Positions 44,151 through 59,700 of a stretch of 64,000 nucleotides of DNA are shown piece after piece (the stretch's first letter is position 1; each line of letters opens with the position of its first letter). Origin of the DNA: the human T2T-CHM13v2.0 reference genome, Homo sapiens; NCBI RefSeq assembly GCF_009914755.1, contig NC_060929.1; one strand, given 5' to 3'. A program made the translations under genes and the position numbers. Below the pieces are notes generated by a model. The model was not told where the DNA came from. It searched no databases and saw only the letters and a list, made by a program, of their open reading frames with translations.

Positions 44151-44463
44151 GGCCAGGCACAGTGGCTCACATCTGTAATCCCAGTGCTTTGGGAGACCCA
44201 AGAGGGCAGATCATTTAAGGTCAGGAGTTAAGAGACCAGCCTGGCCAACATCGTGAAACCCCCAGCTCTACTAAAAATACAAGAAAAATTAGCTGGGCTT
44301 GGGGGCACACTGTAGTTTCAGCTACAGAGGAGGCTGAGGCAGGAGAATTGCATGAACCCAGGAGGCAGAGGGTGCAGTGAGCCAAGATCATGCAACTGTG
44401 CTCCAGCCTGGGCAACAGAGTGAGACTCCATCTCCAAACAAACAAACAAACAACAACAAACAC
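44151..44463 (+). mobile_element. AluS with (CAAA)n tail and TSD
   Basis: Dimeric Alu with aaagatttaat on both sides. Confidence 0.93.
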
Positions 44464-45889
44464 AAAGATTTAATTATTGAAGGTGAGTGTTCCGACCCTG
44501 AGGAGCTTACAATTTGCTGTGGGATCAATGACTTAAAGAATCAAAGCCCTACTTGGTTGTATTCAGCGTGCTGGGGGAGTAAGCCATGGTGAGAATGTGC
44601 CTCGGGGTGATGCACATTTGTGAGCTCTTTTCATCGGCGCTGTGTGGTTGCATTCTCTGTCATCCTCTTGGGCTGCCATCCTTTTGTCTGTACCTATTCA
44701 CTCACTGAAGCCTACGGTCAATAGAGCACTAGTTGAATAGAAGATTATTTTAGATGGAACACTCTCAGATCTCAAGAAATTTCTGAAAAAAAGTAACAGT
44801 GCCAGGTAGCTGAGGAAAAGAAGAGATAAGACCTTGAAATAAGAATCTGATTGAACAACTGAACTAAAGAGAGAGAAAAGCCTTTGAAAAGCATGTGATC
44901 TACTTGAAATTTGAGGATTTGGGCTATAATATAAATCTGTCATGTTGAAAGAATACTTAGGAAGTTGGTGAAGACAGAACCCGTGCTAATTCGGGGTAAC
45001 TATAAAATGATTATCTTTATTTCATGAGTAGCATCAGACATAATCAAAGGGCAGTTATTTTATTAAACAGATGCTCACTTTGGTTAAATATTCTGGGATT
45101 ACCTGAGACCCATTCTGTACATAAATGTCTTTTATGACGTCTAAAGAAATTGTCAATATTCTGAAAGGAGGCTTTTAACAAAATCATGGGCCACAGGTGG
45201 AGATTTCTCCTCTTTACTTGAGGACATAGCAGGCTTTCTGAGTATGTATTTCTACTTCAATAAGACCTAAGTCCCCATGAGGAACTCCCCATAGGAAAAC
45301 CCTAGCACTACCCCATCAGCAAGGGACCTTCCATGCAGAGAATTCCATCGGATGTCACAGATAATGGCTGCCTTTCAACCAGTCTGCTGGATACCCAGGA
45401 CAAACGTGCATGAAGTATAAGTAAATCCAAAGTGAACTTAATTGACAACCTAATAACAATATCAAATTTAATCAATAGACATCTTTGACCAAGTAATGAT
45501 TCAGACCACTCAAAGAATTTCTATACATTCAATATTCGTATTTATTCTATTTTGAGTTAAATTGCTAGAATTATGAAATACAGAATTATTAATGAGTTTT
45601 CTACATTATATATGATGAATATGTATGAGGACACAATTTTACCCACTTCATTTACTATAACCTAGTCTATGTATTAAAACCCCAAAAGAACATACTTATA
45701 CATACATAAGTATAAGAAAGAATGAGAAAGAAGTATGGAATACTCCTTAATATAAGCTCCCTGTAGTATAAGTGCAGCATTTCTGTTACAAGTCTTATAA
45801 AATATATGAAGTATTTATTTGTATAATTTTTATATTAGCTAGGACACAAAAATCATGCTGAGAAAATAGTTAAGGATTTTTATCACTGA

Positions 45890-46325
45890 AGATAGGCTGA
45901 GTTATGCTGCAGTAAAAACAAACTAAAAATCTCAGCAGCTCGAGTCAACGGAAGTTTAAAGAGAACGAATTCTGCAGTGCCTTCCCACTGTGTCTATAAA
46001 CTCAGCCACATAACTCATCATGGGAAGCAGGACACAAGCAAAGGCTTGGAAAGCACTCGGGCAGTTGGGTTTGTCCTCTTCCTCATGCCTCAACCATCGC
46101 TCTGAGAAAATGCCAGGTCTACTGCAGGAAGAAACACAGTGCACAGAACCAGGGGGTCCAGTTGCTCCAGATCACATCTAGTTGAAACCTAGAGACATAC
46201 AGGCAAAATCAGCAGAATGGAGCTGACCACCCCAGTCCTGTGAGCAAAAAAATGCTTCTTGTGTACCACAAGGGTTTGTGGTTGTTTGTTACATAGCATA
46301 CTTGTAGCAAGGCACAGCTGATACA
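45890..46325. mobile_element. Old MaLR LTR fragments (MLT1H/I/J-like)
   Basis: 'gttatgctgcagtaaaaaca' start-like motif and a '...tttgtggttgtttgttacatagca...agctgataca' LTR end. Confidence 0.5.
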
Positions 46326-49300
46326 GCTGTCAAGGTCCCAGTATCTGATTTTAGCTCCCAGTTTATTTTTCTGTTGTGATGAACACTGTTTAATTCAGTT
46401 TCAAGTCCACATGTACATGTTAGTTTTCCCAATCTATTGCCCTATAGTTACATGGAATACATGAAGGAGGTGCTCAGACAGTTCTTGTTTTATTGTATTT
46501 CCTGCCAAAAAGATGCCCCATGTTCATATTAGTTATTCCCCTTGATCAGCTCTGCTTCTCTTTTTCCACAACAATTAGTGCTTCTATCCAGAATTACTAC
46601 TGTCCCTCTTATCTTTCTTCTTCTACCCAGAATTGCAAAGACAATTACAAGTCACTGACTCCAAGCCACTCTCCAGCACAAGGATTGCTACACCGGATCC
46701 TAGGGTGGAAATCTCAGGATAATCTTTTCTGGCTATCTGCTAATCCCTTCATATCTTGAGGGCTTCCCCTGGGTACTCTTCAAAAACACAGAGGTTGTTA
46801 GCATGCTTTAGCTCTCTATGCAGAGACTGAGCTCCACTTTGACTGCAATGCTTTCCTCCATTTCTCCTTGCTCTAATCTCTGCAGGTGCAAACCAACCCT
46901 GACATCCTGGACCCCAAACTGGGTCAAAGAGCCAAGCTCTCTACTTAATTTGGAGGACAGGCTTAGTACCTGATCATGTCAACTCTTAACCAACATCCGC
47001 AACACTCAGATGCTTCAGTGTTACTCCCAAAACATGGCAATGGGAGAATACCAACACAGAAAAATTCTAGGATGACGCATTCAGGGATCACAAGGCAGAT
47101 TCCTACAGGATCACACATGAATGCAGTGGGCTGGCTGGGGTTAAGAGTTGGGTAGAGTCTGCAGGCTCCATCCAAATAGGCTAAGAGCTACCCAACTGAA
47201 GTCAATTCATTCCAAGAAGAATCATGTTTCAATTTTTCAAATTTTCAAAAGAAATTAAAAATATATAGTTGGCAATTAATTTTTAAAAACTTATATTGTC
47301 CCAATGAAACATACATCCAGTTTACAGATATATGTTTATATATGCTATCAGGAGATAGCAACCACCATAGAGGTTTGATCTATTTGGTGGATTATTCCAG
47401 CAGGAAAACAGTGTTCTTACAGTCAGGATACATGCATGGTACCTGAATTATGTTGTTTACTGGAAGCAAGAGGGTCTTGCCTTGCCTTTACCTGGGTTTT
47501 GCAGTCAGAATGGAACACAGAGAGTAGGGCTACACAGGCAAATCTCCATTGCTGCTGCAGAGTTACACCTTCTGCCAACAGCAAGTATAATATGCAAAAG
47601 ATCTTAACTTTCTTTCTAACATTTATTCAGCAAATGCTATGTTCCAGGTACTTCTTTAGTTATTGCAAGATTTAGAGTGGAATAAAATATTGTCTCTGCC
47701 CTCAGGGAGTAGACAATTTCACAGTATTACTGTATTTAGTAAACAAACAGATGACTTTCAGTCTTTTGGGTCTCATAGAATGGATTTTTAAAAAGGGTGA
47801 ATTTGAATTACTTATCTGGATATCTTGTATATCTGCCAAATAATTCGATTTTGGAATAAAGATACAAAATATAATTTGATCAGACCCCCGTATCTCTGAT
47901 CAGAATCACTTAGTAACTAAAATAGTTAAGAAGGTGCAAAGGAATATTATCCTGGAGGAAGAAAATTAAAAGAATTATCTTTTTCTGAGGGATTCTCAAA
48001 TAATCTTAAACAAGCATATAGAGTGTCTTAACAATACGTGTACTGGAATCCTCATCTCAAAGCATCCTACAATTTTTTTCATCTCTCATTCAGAGGACAG
48101 GGAAAAAGAAAGGAAATGATTTTTCATCAAAAATGTGAACATGCTGTTTTAACATCAATGACTAGAAGACTAGATGTAGTCAAGCTTATTTGAAATTAAT
48201 TATCTAAGAAGCCTCAATAGTGCTCATCCCATCAATCTTGTTCCGGCCTGACCTCGGAGGACTACCTGCAAAGGTGTGAAGACAGCTCAGACTTCAGAAC
48301 AATCCAATGCATGGCCTTGGCTGACATTCACTACAGGAAGACTAATTAAGAAGACTTCTCAGAATACAGATGCCTACCTAATGAGAGCTGAAGTAACACA
48401 TACCATTTTTCACTTCGGTCAAGAAACAGATGACAGAGAGTAGCAGATGGTTCACTTTAACAGAGGCCTGATGAAAATATGAATGAGTGCCTCTCAGTTG
48501 CTACCTGGCAGAGTGTTGAAAGCACCTCAGTCACAGAGAGGGATCCTGAACCCAAGTACTTAGCATCAGGAATACAGCTCAAGTTCCAGTTTCCAGAGGA
48601 TGTTCTAGCAAACATTAGTTGAGGCCACTTAGGTTTGGAACGGACTGTGTTGGTCCTGGAGGGCTCCTCGAATGGATGCATCCTAACCTTTAACCCACAA
48701 TAAGAGAAATGTACTTAAGCCCACCTCTAAATGAATTTGTCTTCAGCTTGTTCCTCTGGAGGCCCTATGTCCAGCCCAACTATGATATAGCTGTCACAGT
48801 TTAGTTGTGGCTCACAGTTAGGAAAAAGGAAAAAGCTGCCTACATAAAGCATATTTACTTGGCTCCCTTCCCTGAAACCCACTGCAATGGAGGAAAACAA
48901 CATAATCACACGTAATAAAAATGGAAAATATCTACAATACAAATGCTAACCTAGTGAAACTAAACTAAGGACACACAAAGTCAGTGTGTTTCTCTCCAGA
49001 GCTCAAGCAGAAGGCAGATTTTGCTAGAATTAAATGAGAGACTCTTGAGCATCTCAGCTCAAAATGATTCATTTTCTGACAATTAAATTAGGGAAACTGT
49101 CTGAAGATAAATCCAGAAGGGAAAGAAAAAATAGCCACAAGCTTTTGAAGAGCTGACATCTGTCAATGGTGCAGGCATAAATCATCTCCAAATAGCCAAC
49201 CAAATGCCTGAACAGGACAAATACCACACTGACCTTCTGCCAGGATGATCAGCTTCTCTGCCCAAAGATGTGTCTCCAACCCAAAGGATGCTACACATTG

Positions 49301-49794
49301 TGTATGGAGAAACAGAATGTGTCTGAGCACTACGCCAGCCAGAATTCTTCCCCCACCCAACTCCATTCCTGAGCAAATCATGGGCCACACTTGAGAATAA
49401 TTATTAGAAAGAGAAAAAGCTAATGTAATATAAGTGGAAAAAGCAAAAGGCAGATGACAGAAGTAATTCAATAAACTGCAAAACAGTATATATAGCCAGA
49501 TCCCTTATATGAAAATATATGTATATGTGGGCATATAAATAAAATAATACCTGGGATGAGACATCTGAAAATGTAAATAGTATATATCTGAGTAGTGAGA
49601 GAGGGGTTAATGTGACGCTTCTACTCTTTGCTTTATTCATATAGGAACATTTTAAAAATATAATTTTGAAAAAACAGCTGAGTTGAGCTTAGCCTCTGAA
49701 GAGAGTGAACATCCCTTCAGGGAAGTGGTATAATGCTGTCAGACTTGAACCTTGATCCTTTTTCTTCTATCCCTTTTATCTTTCCCTTGACTCT

Positions 49795-50335
49795 ATGGTG
49801 AACCACTTTAGAGTGTCCACACTTTTATGCAGTCCTCCACATCTTGAGTGTGGATAGGACCCATGACTTGCTCCTAATCAAAAGAATATAGCACAGTGAT
49901 GGGATGTCATACCTATGATTACACTCCATTATATACACATGCATTACGTGAGACTTTATCTTGGGAATAGACTCACTCTAGAGACTCCCCTGGCTAGCTA
50001 GAGGAAGCAGCAGCTGTACTGGGAAATTCCACATGGCAAGGAATTATGAGTAACCTTTAAGGACCACAGGTAGCCTCTAAGAACTGAAAGTAGCTTCCAG
50101 CCTTGAGCCAGACAGTATCCCAGGCCCTCAGACCTGGAGGTCTGAACAAATTCTGCCAACAGTCTGAGTGAACTTGGAAGCAGATTCTTTTCCAGCAAAG
50201 CCTTCAACAAAACCCAACCCAGCCAACCCTTGATTGCAGCTGTGTGAGGTTCTGAGGAGGGGGCCCAGCTAGTCTGTGCCTGGACATCTGACTCGCAGAA
50301 ACTGAACTCATAAAAGTGTGCTTTTTTAGGCCAAA
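49795..50335 (+). mobile_element. MLT1E-type MaLR LTR
   Basis: 'ccatgacttgctcctaatcaaaagaata...cacatggcaaggaa...ttctgccaac...gaacttggaagcagattc...cttgattgcagc...cccagctagtctgtgcctggac'. Confidence 0.75.
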
Positions 50336-50464
50336 GACAAAACAAAAGCAAAACTCTGAAACCATTTCCATTGGTGTGATCACTGAATCAAGGTGGTAAA
50401 ATATGGGCCGAGCAAGGGATAGGGATGAGGCCTTCTCAACACCAGTGCTTTCCAAATATTTTTT

Positions 50465-50800
50465 GAAAGTCAAGTTTATTGGGGGAAATCTTATAGTCAG
50501 TAAAATTTATCCTTCTTAGGTATAAAGTTTAACATGTTTTGGCAAATATATAAAGGCAGATAAGCACCACCAAATCAAGATACAGAGTGCGTCATCACAC
50601 TAAAGAGTACTCTCTTTCCCTTAGTTGTCAGCCACCTGCCCTGGCCCGCAGGCATCCACTGATAGGATTGTCTACAGTTATGTCTTTTTGTGAATATCAC
50701 ATCAGTAGAATCACACATAGCCTCTTGTGTCAGTCTCCTTTCACTTAACATAGCATTTCTGAGATTTGCACAAATTGTTGTATGCATCATAATTAGTTTT
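50465..50800 (-). mobile_element. Old L1M (MB/ME) 3' fragment
   Basis: 'aagtttattg...caccaccaaatcaagatacag...caggcatccactga...ctcctttcacttaacatagcatttctgagatt'. Confidence 0.7.
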
Positions 50801-50850
50801 TTTTGATGATGAACTTTCCTACCAGGGAAGCTACTAAAATAAGGAAGTAA

Positions 50851-51359
<509 letters not shown>

Positions 51360-52074
51360 GAGCCGGTCTGCCAGTCCCATCCTCCTCTCATGCACACAGA
51401 CCTAATGATTTTTCTACAGAATATACCCGTTGTCTCCATGCAGAGGCCGAACAATGACCTGCATCTCACTTCTGCCTTCTTTTTCTCATGCAAGTAATCC
51501 AAGTGGTAAGACCTCAAACAAATTCAGGACCCTAAATGAAAAGGAGTCTGGGAAATATATTTGTACCTTTCCAGCCTCTGTAGTTCAGGAAGATACCACA
51601 GGAAAAAACTACAATAGGTGATGAGTGACAGTCCAAAATCCCCAAAACCAGGAACACAGGACACACAAATGCCACAGTACATATTAAATGCTAAATTTTC
51701 AACTATTTTTTAGAGTAAACCAAAATATAAGTAAAAATTGTAATTTTTCTTCCTACTCTCTCTCTTATGAAAATCACTTTTGTAAGCCAATATTTTAGAC
51801 ACACAACAATTTGCGATTACAAAGTCTGTTTAAAAATAAAAGAAGAAAAACTACAAAAAAGCCTCAGGGTCTTCAAACATCATCACTGCAGACAGCTCTC
51901 ACTGTATGACTCTAATTAATCTCTTGGAGCCTCCATTTCTACATCTTTAAAGAGACAAAGTTAAATATTTCTAAGAACTTTCCACTCCTAAATTTCTGCA
52001 TTTTGCTAATTGTAGGATATTAGCTATGATGCTAAGTGGTAACTCACATATATTCAGAAGAAATATATTGATGA

Positions 52075-52272
<198 letters not shown>

Positions 52273-52806
52273 TAAACTTAAATAGATTTATCAGTGGTAA
52301 AATGTAACAAAACCCATTGCAGAGTAATAAATTGTATTTAATTTTTACTATAATATATAATGTGCGTCAGTTTGCTAAGGAAAAAAGCAATTAAACATTA
52401 CCAAAGGGGGCCAAGAAATCTCCTAAAGTGAAAAGCTGTAAGTAAGAAAAGATGAAACCTTTCTTTAAGGGTTTAATCATGGTTCTCTCTAGATATTGGA
52501 GAGATCTGAGTAGTTCTACGAATTATAATAACACTAGTAATAAGTCTTTTATTTACAGGATACTAATCTGCTAGGATGTATCCATTTGCACAACCTGAAT
52601 AACAATGTCTAAAATATACAAGTTTATTTTTCTTGCTTGGCGAGTCTGGGATTATCTAGGGCGGGCCTTCTGCAGTGTGGCTCAAGTACGATGAAGACAC
52701 AGGCTCCATCATTCTGGATGCTTCCCCATCCTGGGAGTGTTGTTTGTCAACTCAGGGCCATGAGCTCTGTTGCAGTTCCAGGCAACAGGCCACATTTAAG
52801 GCAGGG

Positions 52807-53103
52807 TAAGCACCACAAAATCAAGATACAGAATGTTTCATCACCCTGAAGAGTACCCTCCTTCCCTTTGTTGTCAGCCCCCTCCCGTGACCCACAGGCA
52901 TCCACTGATGGGATCTGTCTATAGTTATGTCTTTGTGAATATCATATAAGTAGAATCATACATAGCCCCTTGTGTCTGTCTCCTTTCACCTAACATAGTG
53001 CCTTTGAGATTCGCACAAATTGTCACATGCATCAGTAGTTATTGGTTTATGAACTTTCTTACCAGGGAAGCTACTATGATAACAAAGTGAAAACTAGGTA
53101 TCC
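52807..53103 (+). repeat. Dispersed ~300-bp duplicate of 50561-50850 + 51147-51167
   Basis: 'taagcaccac..aaatcaagatacaga', 'caggcatccactgat' and 'gaactttc.taccagggaagctacta' are shared in the same order. Confidence 0.88.
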
Positions 53104-54306
53104 TGTAAGATTGAAGAATGGCAGTGCATCGACTGTTCCCAAGAGAGCAAGAACTGTTTCAAAAAACACAGTAGGTTTCTGCGTTTATGTGTCAGAGCTA
53201 TGCCTGTGACACACCCGGCTACTGAAGAGGCTGGGAAGATAAAATCAGCTTTCCCACTTCTACAGCAGAAGCCAGAAAAGGAGAAGGCAGTTTCACTCGG
53301 CTAATGGGCAGTATCTGGCCAAGATTTACAAGATGAAAGTCTTTCATAGCTGCTATTCTTTAGGAACATTACCAGCTAGAGTTAACTCCAGGCCCAGCTA
53401 CACAGCAGTGTGAATGATCTCTTATTCAATGACCACTGACTCTAGAAAAACTCTCAACTATACTGTGACATGGGTGTGTTTGCTCAAATAATTTAATCAT
53501 GTAAAAGCATCTCTTCTTGGATCTGTTAAAGCACTTGTCAAAATGTCAGATAAAAGAAGATGATGAACTAAACTGTATTATAAAATTGTGTACAATAATC
53601 CCAAACAGTTAGTTATTTTTTTCTGCTTGCTAAGAATACAGCGTGACCTGCAAAAACAACATAAAAAGTTAACAATTCTACAGAAAGCAATAAGAGCAGT
53701 GCAGAGAGAATTGCTTCCATCATTTAAGAAACGGTAGACAAAGTATTGAGAAGCCTTAAAACAAGTGCAAATGATGCTGTCAGTAAGTATAAGGTTGGAC
53801 TCCTTTTACTATGGAGAGATTTTGTACAAAACATTTCTTTAATATTAAACTAATGTTTTCTTAGCTAAATTATCGTATAGTGAAATTGTCCTTTAAGTAC
53901 ATTTTAAAAACAGAAATCATGCTCATTTAATAAAATTAAGATATTACAAAAAAGCATATTTGTACATTAATAATGTAAGAGTTATTTAGAAAAATGCCTT
54001 TGGTGTTCCACTTAAGATCCATGAATGGCATGTATTCTGTGATATATGGAATATAAAAATATTTTTATTATAAGAGATTAACTTAAACCCACAGAGACAT
54101 TTCAATGTAGTGAGGGAGAGGTGACCACAGATAACTCTAATACCTGTTAGAGATGACTATGCATCCCAAGAGAAGGGCAGGCAAAGGAAAGATGATTGTT
54201 CCTTCCTCAGCTTTAAGGAGCCAAGAACCATTTATCTGGATTTTGACCTGCTTCCCTTTGTCTCCATCTCCTAAATCAGGTGATGGTTTAAGGAACCCTT
54301 CGGTCC

Positions 54307-54672
<366 letters not shown>

Positions 54673-55112
54673 CTATTAGCAGAAATCCTTGAAGGCAGAT
54701 CTAGGAAACAGGAACTGATGAAAAACAAACATGAACTTTAACTCTACAAGTCTATTTTTTCCCTAAATGCCTCAGCCTGCTGCCTTCACAGCAGTTACAG
54801 CTGAAGGTCCGGGCAGTGCACCACTACAGTGGCATTTTCAATGGAAGGGAGGTTAGGGTTGAGTTTGCTATGTGCATCAAAGCTTTTGCTACGTTTCTCT
54901 TTTATTTTTTGTCATAGCAAAACAAAATACCATGCAATCTGATCCTTTGCCTATTCAGTTTAAACATAAGAAAAACAAGTTTTAACCCCTTGTCACTCCA
55001 CATCATTTGTACAGATAATACATTTAATTTCCTTCCAGTGTGTTCTTATTGACTCTAATTATCAAAGAGAAATCACTGAGATTCCCATTCTTCTTACCAA
55101 TGATTGGCTTAA

Positions 55113-55404
55113 TTTTTTTTTTTTCTTTTTGAGAGGAAGTCTCACTCTGTCGCCCAGGCTAGCATGATCTTGGCTCACTGCAACCTCTGCCTCCTGGGTT
55201 CAAGTGATTCTCCTGCTTAAGTCTCTGGAGTAGCTGGGATTACAGGCATGTGCCACCACGCCAGGCTAATTTTTGTATTTTTAGCAGAGACGGGGTTTCA
55301 CCATGTCGGCCGGGCTGGTCTTGGAACTCCTGACCTCAGGTGATGCACCCGCCTTGGCCTCCCAAAGTGCTAGAATTACAGGCATGAGCCACCACGCCGG
55401 GCCG
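55113..55404 (-). mobile_element. AluSx-like element with a small internal deletion
   Basis: 'cgcccaggctagcatgatct' lacks ggagtgcagtg. Flanks are tggcttaattt / tggcctaattt. Confidence 0.93.
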
Positions 55405-55579
55405 ACTGGCCTAATTTGATAGCATTTTTTTATATATATTTAATCGGCATAGTCCTAATTTTAACATGTAGGGCATGCTCATTGCACGCCACTTACATAT
55501 AGAAATGTACATTCAGGTTTCACTATTGTCTTTTATATAAAAAAATCAAGCAGATATTCTTATGTTAATGGCACATAAA

Positions 55580-56220
55580 AGTAATAGCTAATGGTTATTT
55601 TGTTATTACTACATGTTATGAACTGTTTTAAGCTCTTTAGCTATATTAACTTTGAAATTCTTACAATTCTGCGAGATAAATACTATTATTAACTTTAACA
55701 GATAAAACTGACGCACAGAGAGGTTAAATAATGTAACAAAATATATTTACAACACTCCTAGTTACTGTTAAAATGAAGTATAGTTTTGTCTATGGATAAC
55801 ATTCACATCTTGATCTTTCACACTTTGCCACATACTAGCCACACGGCCTTAAGTATGCTAACTTATCTCATTAAGCCTCAGTTTCCTCATCTTTCAGATG
55901 GGCATGGGAATTGTATATGATTCTGGTAGGTGGGCAGATTATAAGATAATGTGTGTGAGGCATGGTGCCTGGATCACAGTAAGTCCTCATTGATAATTAG
56001 TTAACATTATTATTAGTAGGAGTTCAAACACTGACTTCTAGTCTTGGATTGGGAGTTTATAATTTGTGTAATGTTGGATAAAAGACTTAAGATCTTTGCT
56101 TTCCCTATTTCTTTGCCTGTGGAGTGAGAACTAAATGTCCCCAGCCAGCTCCATCATGTAGCATAAGGTCAAGTCAAACAATGTTTGCAGAAGCAGTCGG
56201 TAAACTGTAAAGAACTAGAC
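55580..56220. mobile_element. Cluster of MIR fragments
   Basis: 'aaactgacgcacagagaggttaaataa' and 'aagcctcagtttcctcatct...gtgcctggatcacagtaagtcctca'. Confidence 0.65.
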
Positions 56221-57345
56221 ACATACAAACTACTTCTTTTATTAACTCAACAGGGAGAAAAAGGCTTTAACCTTTTATTCCACAATGACTACTTCCAAAA
56301 GTTTCAGGGTCTCTGAGCTAACACAGATAAATGCTTTCATTGCATTTTTTTTTAATGGCAAAGTGGTAGCTGATTTTTAAAGAGTTTTCAGAAATATTTT
56401 CAACAAAGTACCTCTCAGCAACTTTCTTAGGATACAGACCTCTCTCTGAAGTTTCACAGTCCTTGCATCTGTAATTATGGATGAAATGTAGTATTCCTAC
56501 TAACAACACTGAGACATCAAGAAAATGCTGAAATGTTTGTACTGTTCTGTTCTTTATTCAATAAAGGGCATACAGCAGTGTTAAAATAAAAATAATTTTA
56601 TAAAGACAATTTAAATAGAAATATTAAAGTACTTGTAAAGTTCAAACTCTAAAGTTTCTTATTTGAAACTCATTTTTCCAATGATGCTAATTCAATAGGT
56701 ATAATTTAAATAATATTTTTCTAAATTCGTGGTCACAAGGATTGTTTTTGGACATTAAAAGAAGAGGGTAAAATAAAACAAAAGAGTCGTTCATCCTAGA
56801 AATCAGAGTTTAGTAACTTCCCACAGTTAGCAAACTTAATAGCTTAAAATGAGTTTAAAATAGAATCAAATATACTAGTTGGAGAAGATAAGTTTTTACG
56901 AGATTATTTTTTGATTAAGTATATGCCATAGTGAAAATGGGGATATGATACTGAACAGCAGCACACAAAAGCAGAGGTATTTTTTGATAATATAGTCATT
57001 CATAGTATCCTAGGGGTCAGGCTAAAGATAAATAAAGTTCGAGCCACATTCCTGCAAAAATGGTATGTACACAGTGCTGCAAAATGGGGAGAAGGAGAAA
57101 GAAATGAGAACATAGGATATTCCTCTCCTTATGAAAAATTATATTGACTATGACCAGACAGAAATACTAAATACAGTCAGCAATTTATTTCTTATTTTAG
57201 GATGACAGAAATCAATGTGAATGGGTGATTTCACAAATAACATTTGTTTTTGTTGTTAATATTACTATTATTAGAAGGGCTGAAATTAAAAACTATTCTT
57301 TGTGGAGACAATTAGCACCTACCTATATTAGAAATACAATATGTA

Positions 57346-57653
57346 AGCCAGGTGCAGTGGCTCAGGCCTGTAATCCCAGTACTTTGGGAGGCTGAGGCAG
57401 GAGGATCATGAGGTCAGGAGTTTGAGACCAGCCTGATCAACATGGTGAAACCCCATCTCTACTAAAAATACAACAATTAGCTGGGCATGGTGGCATGCAC
57501 CTATAATCCCAGCTACTCAGGAGGTTGAGGCTGGAGAATCGCTTGAGCCCAGGAGGCAGAGGCTGCAGTGAGCCAAGATTGCTCCACGCCACTACAGTCC
57601 AGTCTGGGTGACAGAGTGAGACTCCATCTCAAAAAAAAAAAAAAAAAAAAAAA
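57346..57653 (+). mobile_element. AluS (Sg-like)
   Basis: 'ggatcatgaggtcaggagtttgagaccagcctg' followed by poly(A). Confidence 0.95.
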
Positions 57654-58671
57654 TACCATATATATACATATATATAAAGGACAGTTTTTCTCCTAGTATT
57701 TTCATCATGAGGATAAGACTTCTGCAACAACCTGGATATCATTAGAATATCTAAATACCAGCTCCATTTCATTTCAATACAGACAAATAAAATGTAACAC
57801 AGAGCCTTAATTCTGCAAATTTCTTAGGGTACAAATTGCAATGAAATATGTCATGGATTTGAAGACTAAAATAAATGGTTTGAAACATTCATTAACACAA
57901 TCTAAACTTGCCATCTTTAGTGATCAAGGCTTCTGGACCTACCGTTCACCTGGAAGTGTGGCATAGGACACTGGGGACAGCAGGGGGGCGGGACTCTGAG
58001 GACTCCATTCAAGTATGGCAGGTCCCTAACAAGACCGTAGCCTCGACAACAAGTTCAATATTAGTTTAACTGTAAATTACATTCTATATTTAACTTTGTT
58101 ACACGGGGAGTATATGTTTGCTGTGAGTGATGGCTTAATTTATTTTTAAAGAGAAAGTGAAAGATATTTCTCGTGATTGTATCTGAAACATAGTGAATGA
58201 ATTTGATGGAAGGAGTGCTCCTGTGGAGCTAACATTGGTAGAAAATGAAAAAAGGGAAACCCTATCAGAAACTGACTGGAGTCGGCCTTCCAGACAGAAA
58301 AACAAATGCCTCAACACCTCTTTAAATGTTTTTATTTTCCTAGGGATAATGACAATTTTTTTTTATGACCAGCTCCATATTTTTCTTAAGATTACTGCAT
58401 GAATTTCTCTCTTCCTCTCTCAATACCTTACTCTGGTAAAGTTACAGAGCATTACACTGGTTGCCTTGATCTTTTACTTCATTTATATGCATTTACAGAT
58501 TAGCAGAGAAGCAAGCTCACTTAAAAGGTAGGAAAATTTAGGTTTGAATGCCATTCTCACATTTAATAGTCTGTGACCCAGAATAGGTTGTAAGATCTCT
58601 CTTAGCCTCATCTTCATTTTAACTTGAGGATGATACAATCTTCCTCATATGTAAATTGTAATAATTCAGGG

Positions 58672-58985
58672 GGCCTGGCGCAGTGGTTCACACCTGTAAT
58701 CCCAGCACTTTGGGAGGCCGAGGCGGGCGGATCAAGAGGTCAGGAGATCGAGACTATCCTGGCTAACACAGTGAAACCCCGTCTCTACTAAAAATACAAA
58801 AAAAAATTAGCCGGGCATGGTGGCAGGTGCCTGTAGTCCCAGCTACTCGGGAGGCTGAAGCAGGAGAATGGCATGAACCCGGGAGGCGAACAGAGCTTGC
58901 AGTGAGCCGAGATCCCACCACTGCACTCCAGCCTAGGTGAGAGAGCAATATTCCGTCTCAAAAAAAAAAAAAGAAAGAAAGAAAT
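58672..58985 (+). mobile_element. AluY-type element
   Basis: 'cctggctaacacagtgaaacc...gaatggcatgaacccgggaggcg..gagcttgc'. Flanks are aattcagg / aaatcagg. Confidence 0.95.
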
Positions 58986-59139
58986 CAGGAAGGTAAAGAA
59001 TGAAAATGTACGTGTATTGCGATACATTATTATTAGCTATTATGTTTATGATTATCATTAAGGGAAACAATAATACTTATGTAAAAATAAAATACCTTAA
59101 GATTTTGAGAGATAGGGTTTCTGTCTTAGAGTGAATTTT

Positions 59140-59700
59140 TCTTCATGGCCCTGAGTTACCAGGCAGAGTGATTGGGGAAAATAAATGCCCCAATTTAATA
59201 TCCAATACTCTCTGGACAAGTTTAGTTCCATAGCCAGAGCAGATGTGAATGATACTATCAAGCATGAACTCCTCATTCACTCATTTTTACACAAGAGTAT
59301 CACAAGAGACTGCCAAATGCTTTATTGAAATCACGAAGCATTACATCTTCAGGTTGTCGCTGCTTTATTTGTATGGTAATCTGTTGGGGAAAAAAAACAA
59401 AGGAAAACACACAAACAAAAAACAAGGCAGTTTGTAACCATTCCTTCTGAGTGAATCCAGGTGGGCACATTCTGATGAATTTTTCAATGTATTCTCCAGC
59501 AGTTGACTTAACTGTTAACTCCAAAACCTCCTGTTAGTCAAGCCTTTTTAAGAAAGGAAAAGATCCTTTAACCATCTCCAGAAAGTTGTCCAAATAACAG
59601 ATACATGTGACAAGTAGATTTACCCTTCCTACTCTTTTCTGGGAATTCAGTTCTAGGAGGCCTTGCCAGGAGTCAATATTCTGGAATGCTTCAATTCATG
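59140..59700 (-). mobile_element. L3/CR1 LINE relic (RT region)
   Basis: ORF 59300-59524 reads GFTQKEWLQTAL...DVMLRDFNKAFG, which parallels the CR1 RT motif HGFTK.KSC.TNL...DV.YLDFSKAFD. Boundaries are approximate. Confidence 0.6.

Noticed and set aside
57975-57995. CTCF/SP1-like 'acagcaggggggcgggact'
   Set aside because: An imperfect single motif with no CpG island or other promoter context.
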